This document shows positions 53,567 through 64,000 of a stretch of 64,000 nt of DNA, piece after piece. Position 1 is the stretch's first letter; every line of letters starts with the position of its first letter. The stretch is from Octopus sinensis (lineage: Eukaryota). Both the position numbers and the translations under genes were made by a program. Where the stretch lies: NCBI RefSeq assembly GCF_006345805.1, contig NC_043004.1, forward strand, positions 42,718,001 through 42,782,000. Reading direction: 5' to 3'. The notes under the pieces are model-generated. The model searched no databases and was not told where the DNA came from. It worked only from the letters and a program-made list of their open reading frames with translations.

Positions 53567-54416
53567 CGTGGTGTGTGTGTGTATACACCTTGATAATGTC
53601 ACTTTAGCTATCTATCTATCTATCTGTCTGTCTATCTATATCTATGTATCTATTCTATCTAGCTGTCTATATTTTACGTCTTGTAATAATCTAGGTGTTA
53701 TGGCTAAAATATGCAATGCATAACACCGTTTTGTAGTACCGGTATATTTTACAAAATGAGAAAGACTCAGTCGTTCTTTCATCTTTCAGGTGCATACATA
53801 CAGAAAAAATTCACATTGGTGGAATGATTAGTGGAGGTCTTCGCAGTTATTTTGAAATCAAAACCAGCTTCCCTAACCCTAACCCTAGACCTAACTTCAT
53901 TTCATGCTGAGATATCGCAGTTCGAACGTCGCGAAATTTTTACTACGTTTTTCTCCGTTTTTACATCGTGGCGCTTACGATGGTCTGTTACTATATGTCT
54001 CACCTGTGCGGCAGGTGTTCGTTTGAAAATACTTATCTACCTCTCTGACACATAAAATACATAGCTTAAAATAAAAGTTGCTTAGAATACGTTATAGACT
54101 GCGAAGTCACCCACATCTAACATTGTTGCAAGAACAACATCTGCCTTGTTATTACCGCCCAGCACTGATTCTATCAGTCATAGTCTTCATGCAGCTAAAC
54201 TTATAAAGTTTTCAAATTTGCTAAGAAATCTATTGTGTTCTTTCACAATCTATTGCCTTACAGCGTAGCATTTAGTGTTCCCAAATATCTGAATTATTCC
54301 TCTCGGCTTTACCACTTTATATTCGCTACCGCTGCAATAAAACCACGAAGTGGTCAAATGTAAAGACTTGTCTGAATCCAGTTATTCAGTTTCTAGTTCT
54401 ATTGGTTTGAATAGGA

Positions 54417-54530
54417 TTGTCTATCGCAAATTTGCTCTTCTTTGTCACGCATCGATGGTCACATGTTCTTCAAAACGGCCTCTAAAACGATACTGTTGCA
54501 CTTGATATCGGAACTGCTTTCCACATTATC
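54417..54530 (+). mobile_element. CR1/Jockey-like LINE reverse transcriptase fragment
   Basis: LSIANLLFFVTHRWSHVLQNGL*NDTVALDIGTAFH resembles RSTxDLLxFVTHRWS....AVALDISKAFD. Confidence 0.55.
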
Positions 54531-54850
54531 TGATATATGTAGATTCTAACGAAGCAGCTACATATTGATAACATGCACTCTAATCTCACGGAGAGATTGG
54601 TTGACTCCCCTTTACAGTCCACTATGTTACGTTATATTTTATACGTTAGTAGAGAATGGTTACAGACATTTGAACACAAAGGACACGCATATGAAGATAT
54701 ACGTACGCATATATGCGTTTCCATGTGTCTGTATGTGTGCGAACTTGCGTGTGTGCTATCAAATTCCAAGTTGCTTTCAATTTAAATAAACACATTCATA
54801 CACAAACACATACGCACATACACGCATATACATACGTACATATATATATA

Positions 54851-54891
<41 letters not shown>

Positions 54892-56302
54892 TAAACGCAG
54901 GCATTCAAATGGCACTCATGTATATCTTACATGGACAGAGGTTTGAAAAAGATCCCCTACTGAAAAACGTGGCAGATAGATACACTGGGAAGTGGTTTTA
55001 TCGACATAAAGAGAGACACGACACAATCATAGAAAATGTAGACAGGCACACAGGCAGGAAAAGAAGCTGTTCCTTATTAATGATTACTCAACTATGTGAA
55101 AGAATGATTATTAAAATAAATATAAGACATTTCAAAGCAGTGACTTTCTTGTTGATTTCATCAATAAATCCGCCTTCCCAACATACCCAAAGTGTTACAC
55201 AAACACGGACACGTTCCACTTGGCGTGTTCTACTACATCAAGTTCTTAATACTCAATCATTTACATTAAAATTTCCTTATGACAAATCTGAAGTAAATCT
55301 CCTTCTATCAAGACACGTAGTGACAGAACTAAGAGAAAATAATTGACAGAATATATAACGTTATCAAGTAGCGATTTTTTTTCAAACGAATGTTTATGAG
55401 AAAAATAAATACAAAATGGATTTTCTGGCAGTTTCTCAATAAGGATTCTTGGTTGAACATGCAGCTAGTAACGCTTGCAGTTGCTTCAATTCGTTCAATT
55501 ACAAATGGAAAATCCATAATTTATTGAACTTTCTCTTGCTAAAACATTTTGGTAAAAATCTGGATGCTGAAATCAATTTTAGAAATATAACATTTTACAT
55601 GTAAACATAGAGACACACTCATACATTAACACACTCATACGCTACACACCCAGAGTCAACACACTCACACACAACATATTCATAACCCCATCACACAGAA
55701 ACACACACATGCAAGTTCATATATGTGTTCAAACATATTTCTACATATGAAAAGGTATATCTTGTTGACTCGTAAGTTGTTCTTGTTTACAGGTACAGTT
55801 ACCCAATCATTTATCCATACCTTGGCCTAGTAGAACAACTAGGAAGTAACAGCTAGAGTTAGAGATGGTTGCAGCAGCTCTTGTGTATCGTTTCAGTTGA
55901 GCGCGCTGGAGTAACGTAAATATGAAACTATCTGTTGAAGGACACAAGGTAATTTACGGTCCAGGAGTCGAGTCCAATACGCAATACCATTGCGATAGGC
56001 ACATTCACCTTGCGATTTAAGATGAATATTATTATATTCACGTATGATAAATAGTAATACCGAAATATCAAATGATATATCTGCGTAAGATTGACGTAAT
56101 ATCAAAAAATATTTGCAATATCTACATTTGAAGTGAAAGATATTTTGAAACAATTGAGGATTCCTTATAAAAATCCCATTTGGAACTACCTACAATAAAA
56201 TTTCAATTAGCTACAATTCATTTCCTTGCGATTAGCCAAAATTACTTTCCTTTCCTTCAAGTGTATCTAAGTTATCTCGTTTTATCCGATATTATATTTA
56301 AA

Positions 56303-56497
56303 GGATTTTTGTCAGTAAACAGGTCGCAGTCTTAAAGCGACGAAAATATTTTGACGAATTAAACTTAAATGTTGAAGTGAATCGAACGGATTTTGTGTGT
56401 TTCTTAAATGGCTTACAAACACCTTCCACGCTGCAATTGTTTTCGTTTCAGCACACGATCTCAGATCAAATCACTTGCTATGCAAGTACACCTCTAT
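56303..56497 (-). mobile_element. Longer inverted copy of the repeat at 34190-34309
   Basis: Direct reverse-complement match within the window. Confidence 0.75.
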
Positions 56498-56927
56498 ATT
56501 TAAAGGATTATCTTGAATTTTAATATACTTTCTCGTGTATAACTGTGAAACAGAGGTCTCAGGAAGCTTAATGTACGCAAACAAATACTTTGCACCAATA
56601 TACAGAGGTGTAAATTTTTAACAAGATGATCTATAATTATTCGATTTTTGAGTTTCTTAATCTATAGGAGGTCCTTATATATCTATTGTCATAATGCCCT
56701 TAAACATTGCATTGATTGCGTCTATCTCTTTCGTTTTTGACTACGCGGTTTTCCTATTTTGTGTTTAGCCCTCCGATGTCTCCGATGTCACTCGACAACT
56801 ACACGTATCTTATTTTGCCCAGCATAAGCTGAGCTTTGGGCATTCTGCGATTATATTGTTTACTCCAATCCGTTTATGAAATGCTACATTTCAGATATCA
56901 TGTTTCAAATATATTGTTATTATGTTT

Positions 56928-57659
56928 GCAATAAAAAATCTCTGAACGAGGTATAGACAGTAATTGCACGACAATTTGAAGTATATTTGCCATCTCAATA
57001 TGGCTAACCACTAAGGGTGGATGTTACTGTAGCTTGTAGCCCCAGGAGAACATCTCTTCCAACTGGCTATAGACACACTTTCTGTGCCCTATCGGTATTT
57101 GCAAAGGGTAGACAATACACAGAAACTGCAGTCCGTGCGTATCACTTAGGTTGACGAGGGAAGGATGACTTCCCTTTGCAAATACCGATAGGGCACAGAA
57201 AGAGTGTCTATAGCCAGCTGGAGGAGATGTTCTCCTGGGGCTACAAGCTACGGTAACATCCACCCTTAGTGGTTAGCCATATAGAGATGGCAAATATACC
57301 TCACATTGTCGTGCAGTTACTGTCTATACCTCGTTCAGAGATTTATTATTGCTTGTATACACTCTTTCAAGATCAGTGACGAAAAGTTACTGGAAAAAGG
57401 ATATAAATATTTACATTGGGACTCCCTTCCATCGAAAACCGGTGATTGCCGTGCGCTTATGACGGGTCAATACCCAGAAACTGCAGTCCGTGCGTATCAC
57501 TTAGGTTGACGAGGGAAGGATGACCTCCCTTTGCAAATACCGGTATGGCACAGAAAGTGTGTCTATAGCAAGCTGGAGGAGATGTTCTCCTGGGGCTACA
57601 AGCTACAGTAACATCCACCCTTAGTGGTTAGCCATATTCAGATGGCAAATATACTTCAC
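56928..57659. mobile_element. 732-bp non-coding insertion with a 15-bp TSD; partial tandem plus inverted copy
   Basis: TSD attgttattatgttt at 56913-56927 and 57660-57674. Inverted arms at 56928-57108 and 57172-57352; direct repeat 57111-57308 vs 57467-57665. Confidence 0.9.
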
Positions 57660-57949
57660 ATTGTTATTATGTTTCTTTCCGTGAAATTCGGTCTCGAACC
57701 AAATTGTTGTTTTTCCTCCTTCGTATTGGTTTACGCCTAGGTTCTGTACAGGAGCTCATGTAGGAGTAGCTATTGAAGAGACTTGCACGGAGTGTCTTCA
57801 GATGTGCTTTCAACATATCTTAATGCGAGATAAAAACATTTTATCCTGTTCATTCTCTACACAAGTTTCCAGCATTCATGTCTATTCTAAGTATATGTAC
57901 TCTTTTATTTATTGAATCTACTGACCATCTGGCTTATTTCTACAATTTC

Positions 57950-58620
57950 AGACAGCATCACTTTCTTCTTTTTTTTTCGGTATAACGTAAATTCTAGTGC
58001 TGAACGCCGAGTGTGCCACTTCATGAACTTGTCTGCAGCTGATCTGAAAGTTCTGTTGAGAGTACGATGGCGTTTGCGAAACGGAGTTGTGTTTGTCTCT
58101 CACCTTTGAAATTGATACCCTTTCTCATTCAGTCTCTCTGGTAGCCATTTCTAGACATGCGTTGAATAGGATGAAATTATGGCTTCTTATTTAACTTCCT
58201 TCTGGACGTAAGGCGGAGGGATACAGCATAGCTATATCGAGAGTACATCCGGCTTTTGTCTGCCAGTATAATTTAATGAACTATATCTTGACACTTTGAA
58301 TATCCCAAAATTTTGACACCGCATTCCAATTATTGCAATTACTGAAATCAACGAAAATATGAAGCTGATAATCGTTCGATAGTTCTAGAAGCTGCATTAG
58401 AGTGCATATGCTGTCCGTGGTATTGAAGATCATCCTAAAAGCTGCTAACTCTCTCGATGTATGAGTAGTCTGCTCACTATGACCTTTGTGAGTAAAACAA
58501 GATCTCATAAGACAATTCCATTATCAGATCTTCCCGAACACCATTCTTATAAATCAATGTAACGTTCAACTCCTTTCTACAATCAGGTGTGTCTCTCCTT
58601 CTTTTATATATGAATAGCAG
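57950..58620 (-). mobile_element. RTE-like LINE reverse transcriptase remnant
   Basis: VTLIYKNGVRED; ELAAFRMIFNTTDSICTLMQLLELSNDYQLHIFVDFS; FILFNACLE; GINFKGERQTQLRFANAIVL (decayed FADD motif). Confidence 0.8.
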
Positions 58621-59284
58621 AGTTAAATGAGGATTTTCTACTGTATGATAGCTTTTAGCTTTTACCATTTCCATTGTTATACAACCTTTTTATGTGTTTT
58701 ATCTTTCCTCGGCAATTATAAATCATTGTTCTTTTTCACTAAAGAAGATAACAACATAGACATCATTTCTTGTTATGTGAGACGCCCGAACATCACTCAT
58801 TCACAATAAAATTTCTTGCAAGACAGTGGTTTCGAATACAAATAAAATGATTAAATATTGAAAGCACTTAAATGACCAAAAGCAAAATACGTAATATCTC
58901 CATACCATAGTGGAAATCTACCCTCAAAACCATCCACAGTATTGACTTGATTTATTCATCTCTCTTTTGTCTGTCACTCTGAGCGTGTCTTTGTTCTTCT
59001 TCGTTATTATCTCTGATTTATGTTGTGGACTATTATTTTCCTGAGTTTCTTTAGTCTTTTCTGCAGCACACAGCACGATCTACATGTCTCAGGAGGTCTC
59101 CTCAAGTGTTGTTATATATTTGTCCACTTGGAAAGTACAGAACATAAAAATTCATAATCAAAGTGAGGGAAAAACTTTGATAAACATGTTGACAGGTTAG
59201 GATGGAAAGGAAAGAAATGAAGAGAACGTTTAGTCAATATATTAGTGTCAGAAAGACTATAGATGATGCTATTAATTTAGACAT

Positions 59285-59450
59285 GCCCTGGGTCTATACT
59301 GGCCGAAACCTTTCAAAGTTACATCGATTACAGCTTATTCACCAAAAACGTGGAATGTGTTGGACCGAGACAATCCTAAGAACTCAGCATCAAAATGTGG
59401 CTGAGCTATTCAACATCAGCAGCGATCATCGTCTGATAAAAGCAAATATT
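59285..59450 (+). mobile_element. Possible LINE APE-endonuclease remnant
   Basis: WVYTGRNLSK, a frameshifted IDYSLFTK, and NISSDHRLIKA resemble WTY..P...QIDY and SDHR motifs. Confidence 0.45.
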
Positions 59451-59474
59451 GTCGTTTACAGTTTTAATGTCATG

Positions 59475-59685
59475 GTACTCCGTCGGTTAAGGCGACGAGA
59501 ACTCCAGTTAAACCGACCCATGGAACAGCATGCACGTGAAATTAACGGGCAAGTGGCTGAGCATTCCACAGACACGTCCACCCGTAATGTAGTTTTCGGG
59601 GAGATTCAGTGTGACACAGAGTGTGACAAGTTTGAAATACAGGTACAACGGAAACAGGAAGAACGAGTGAGAGAAAGTTATGTCA
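59475..59685 (-). mobile_element. 5'-truncated, diverged SINE family A (tail type 1)
   Basis: Reverse complement of the 33700-33920 tail (gtgaaattaacg..aagtggctgagca.tccacagacacg). Confidence 0.85.
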
Positions 59686-59753
59686 GAAACACACTAACAC
59701 CAACACACACATCGACGGAACAAGTAGAAATGAATAAATGAAGCCATATATAC

Positions 59754-59828
<75 letters not shown>

Positions 59829-61039
59829 GACAGAATTTTTCGAAAAAACAAATTCTATCAATGGCCAGCATATTTTTTTTTTCGAAAATTTCTATCCAAT
59901 ATTAGATATTAATTTAATAGTGTTCACTTCCGGACTCTCATTTTACGAGAGCTTTTCGGTTCGAATCGCACGTTCTCTCGAGATATGCTAGAGAGTTTCT
60001 ATTTTGGATATATTTGGGGTACTTAATTGTGCTCGTGGCTTAGTGTTCGATTCTTCCATGGGTACAAGTGAGTACTTCACTTATTTCTTTACCGCATTTA
60101 TCACTGATGAAGAGAAGATTCTTATGAACCAACTCTGAAATCGGGTCCGATATGGTAATGACGGAATTTTTAGTAATTTCTGTCGGCCTTTTTCGAAACA
60201 GGTGCTTGTAGTGATAATTTACATGCTTATTGACGTCTTTTTTTCGGCATATTTTGACATTAAACATTTTTTCTTTTGCCCTTACTTATATATTATATAT
60301 ATATATATATGTGTGTCTACATATATATGCATATGTAGCAATATATGCATGCGTACGAGTTTACATATCTGGGTGCGTGTGTTCAGTCTGTGTATGACGT
60401 AAAGTGTGCGAAAGGTGGAGACATATGGAACATGCATAATATCGGTTTGGTCTACGATCCTTGAGACAAAAGCAAACTTTTTCAATCTGATTTAAGTTCT
60501 CATTTCTCTAAATACATCCAAGAAAGCGGAGAAAATCAATAACCAGTGTAAAAATATAACACCAGCGTGTGATCTCAGGATTTCGCATCAGTACCTCGTC
60601 GCTGCCGCGTGTGTTATATGTATTAGTATGATGCGCCTCACACGCATTTTGACAATTGCATTATGCTTTTCAGAAACAAATAAATTGATGCCATTTTAAT
60701 TCATTTAATTGCTTTCCATAGCAAGAACTTATCAGTACAAAGGTTGATGAGGAATAAATTTCGCAAGTTCCTTTATTTGATATGGTACTGCGATGCAGAC
60801 GACACAATCGGTGTTCAATAGGCTGGAAAGAATTATATTTGATGTATTCTTATTCATTTTATGTTCATTTGCTTTCAAGCAGTATCGAGAAACATCTATA
60901 AAACAACATTCATCGATCTGAAATAATGTTGGTAATATTCTGGATAAACAGTTCTATACGATGCTTAGAAAATTAAAACAGAACTTGCACCCAAACCTAC
61001 AAACAAACATACATGCACATCAGTAAATGCAAATTTCTA

Positions 61040-61043
61040 TTCA

Positions 61044-61126
<83 letters not shown>

Positions 61127-61130
61127 ATAT

Positions 61131-61177
<47 letters not shown>

Positions 61178-61178
61178 G
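61040..61178. repeat. (ATCT)n plus (TA)n microsatellite
   Basis: Direct reading. Confidence 0.95.
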
Positions 61179-61322
61179 TTATTAAAAGGTCGCAAATATA
61201 TCATAAAATCTGTTACTCATATTTTCACGTCCCCGTTCGACCGACAAACAGGAAACTGAAACTCTAAGTAACAGTTTTTACGATATTTTTGCTGCTTTTT
61301 AATAAGGCATGCCACTCTACCT
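61179..61322. mobile_element. Palindromic ~150-bp element, diverged copy
   Basis: Homologous to 63732-63902 and self-complementary (ctgttact...agtaacag; tattaaaa..gc..aa.atatc / gatatttttgctgctttttaata). Confidence 0.7.
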
Positions 61323-62671
61323 CTGTTCCTGATTTATACATTGCCCTAGTATATATGGATTTGTTTCATTATATACATCAAAATGCACACATGGATGTAC
61401 ACAGACTACATACATGTGCAGATATATATGTGTAATACGTAAATATACACAGAAATACACATATACACATGTATACATGTGTACATAATCATACTCGCAT
61501 GCACAAATCACTTGTTGTATAAATTTTGGAGTGATAACAGACAGGCTAGATGTGAAGTAAATTTTAAAACGTAGGGACGGGAAAAGAAAAAGAAAAGATG
61601 TAACAGTTAGGGAGGGAAAGAGATAAGAGGAGCGGGAAGAACGTAAAGTTAAAGAACTCTATATAAGTAACGAATAGGGAGAGAAAGGATACTTTTCGTA
61701 AGGAAAGAAAGATAGGTAGCTGAATATGTGTAACGAACGTACACAAAGTAAAATTACATGTACATGTGTATACAAAAGTGTATATTAGCAAACATACACA
61801 TATAAGATTACATATATAAATATATGGAGATGTGCACGTAAATACACTTCCACACAAATATAAGTGAATACATGCATACATATACATCCATGTGTCTATG
61901 TGTACAAGTATAAGCATACACTCTTACTTACACATATGCATAGATGCATACATACGAATACCTATGCATGTCAACATGCATAGGTATTAATGAGACTATT
62001 AATAAGAGATCCACATAAAAGCATATCTAGGTCCTGACGTATATATACAAACACCATAATAATAAAATTCGGATAAAGGATATGCAAAATAGAACACTCT
62101 ATATGAAATTATCTATAAATGAAACGATTATAATGGGTCTATAAAATACAATAAAATGAAATAAAATGAAATAATAGTAGAATGTTAAACCAGAAAAAAT
62201 ATATGCATATAACAGTCGAAGATTTTTTTTAAGGAATATGTCGAAATATATACAATATGTTATCGATGCGAAATAAATCATGTATTATAAGAAGCAAATT
62301 CAACAGTCTGATTAAAAAACTAGTCCACAAATCAAAAAATATATACACTATTGTTAGCTGCCATTTTAAATTTAGTTGCGTGCCTGCAGGAATTCAAGGG
62401 TTTGCTTCTTTGATTTAAAGAGTTATTGTCTTGTAACAAAATATAATATTTTTCCAGGAGACATAAATCACATTAGATGAGTATTTTATGGGCACGGTGC
62501 CTGTAAGATGAAGCCCTATCTAAAATTCAGAGCTTTTGTTATATACCTGCTGCTTTTAAATAAAGCATATTGCTCTCATTCTGGTATTTGAGTACTCTTT
62601 CTTCCACATCGTGCTTAGTCTGTTAAGTATATGTGTGTGTGTGTATTTATTTATTTATATATGTATATATA

Positions 62672-62765
<94 letters not shown>

Positions 62766-62767
<2 letters not shown>

Positions 62768-62819
62768 TTTTACTCTTTTACTCGTTTTAGCAATGCGGCT
62801 GCGTTCATGCCCCAGCACC
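62766..62819 (-). mobile_element. Short tail remnant of SINE family C
   Basis: tctttactcttttactcgttttag..tgcggc..catgc..cagcacc resembles 43792-43846. Confidence 0.5.
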
Positions 62820-63731
62820 TACAGTGTAATTAAATATAATCCTCCAATCAATTTCCAACCATTAAGCTGGATATATGTCGGATAATTATATATTTTGTTA
62901 TTGGATTTTAGATGACAACAATGCGAAGACTATTACAAACGAAAATCTCAGGGGACATAGTAGGGAAAAACCTGTGAATTTCAATAAAAATATGGAGAAT
63001 GATTTATGAAAATTTGACCCTACATGGTTGGCTGAAATCTTAGACTGGACAAACCACTCAAATTCATTGATAACAATTCAAACGAAGAATTAATAATGCG
63101 ATCTCCTGTCGTCTATTATTTATAGGTTCTTCGATAAACATCTGCGGATGTTTGCCAGGTGTGTGAGGGCCAGTTCCACATAGTGTATAGAAGAAATATT
63201 CAGACTCTTGGATTTCTGTGCCTTATTGACGCCTAGCACGTTTCAAGAAACAGCGCTTACCGCCGTTGCTACACCTTGAAACAAAGTATAATAGTAAGGC
63301 TCAGAATGATCGTACACCTATGTAGGAATATTGCCCACATCTCAGTCTAATCCCACCCTCACGAAATGAATATCTCTTTATATGATCTAGTTCTAAGTAT
63401 ATCCAAACAACGCAAAAATGAAGGATAATGTTTCCTTGTGTTATATAAAATACTTGATGTGTGATCTACAACAAAAATGTGATTTTTTTTACAAAGTAAG
63501 GAATTGTTTTTGCTGAAAGTTCAAACATTTGGTTTCAAAAACTCCTAAAATAAATAATATACCAGTTTTAATCATGCGTTAGTAGTGTGAATTTCCATAG
63601 ACTATTAATAAAATAATTTCTATTTCCATTGACATATTGATTTATTTTTATTCAACCATTGTGAAAACAGACTGAGCTGTACGGAGACCAACTCACCATA
63701 TGTTTGTTACTTTTTAACAATATACTGTATA

Positions 63732-63902
63732 TATGCTTTATTAAAAAGTAGCAAAAATATCATTAAAACTGTTACCCATACTTTCTTGTTCCCGTTCGTC
63801 CGACGAACGGGAACCTGAGACACTTAGTAACTCTTAGTAACATGTAATTCTTATTTTTTCAGATATTTTTGCTGCTTTTTAATAAGGCATGTTACTCTAC
63901 CT
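63732..63902. mobile_element. Palindromic ~170-bp MITE-like element with a perfect 27-bp central palindrome
   Basis: 30-bp outer IR tatgctttattaaaaagtagcaaaaatatc / gatatttttgctgctttttaataaggcatg; centre gttcccgttcgtc-c-gacgaacgggaac (63788-63814). Confidence 0.8.
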
Positions 63903-63914
63903 ATGTTTCGCATA

Positions 63915-64000
63915 AGTAGCTAAACACAGAGAGGACAAACAAAGACAGACAAACGTATTAAGTCGATTATATCGAAAGCAGTGCGTAACTGGTGCTTATT
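63915..64000 (-). mobile_element. 3' part of SINE family B, cut by the window end
   Basis: Reverse complement of about 40465-40545. Confidence 0.8.

Noticed and set aside
57020-57110. HDV-like ribozyme in the 356-bp unit (UCC-UCCAGCU-GGC resembles P3/L3)
   Set aside because: P3 has a mismatch, the P1.1 GG is missing and P1 is only 5 bp; I could not build the full fold.
59202-59741. Longest non-repetitive ORF (179 aa)
   Set aside because: Its 3' half is the antisense strand of a SINE A tail and its 5' half crosses frames of a decayed endonuclease-like fragment; this is chance read-through.

Overview
AT-rich, microsatellite-dense eukaryotic DNA, probably intronic or intergenic. It is most likely Octopus/cephalopod, an inference from remembered SINE families and the (TA)n/(CA)n/(GAT)n landscape, not from a database search. 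I could not identify any host protein-coding gene with confidence. The window is mainly transposon remnants: two Penelope-like GIY-YIG remnants, two mariner copies (one with a near-complete D34D transposase pseudogene), an internally deleted Tigger/pogo element with a nested SINE, RTE- and CR1-like LINE fragments, a non-autonomous Helitron with intact termini, three tRNA-derived SINE families, and several MITE/foldback elements. Three structures stand out: (i) a 2.66-kb quasi-palindrome of ~490-bp tandem units between (TA)n tracts, with a templated junction; (ii) a 732-bp insertion with a 15-bp TSD made of a partial tandem plus an inverted copy; (iii) a candidate type I hammerhead ribozyme at ~37.25 kb and two decayed ones. 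One possible reading (inference) is a set of non-coding, self-structured cassettes mobilised by Penelope-type machinery.
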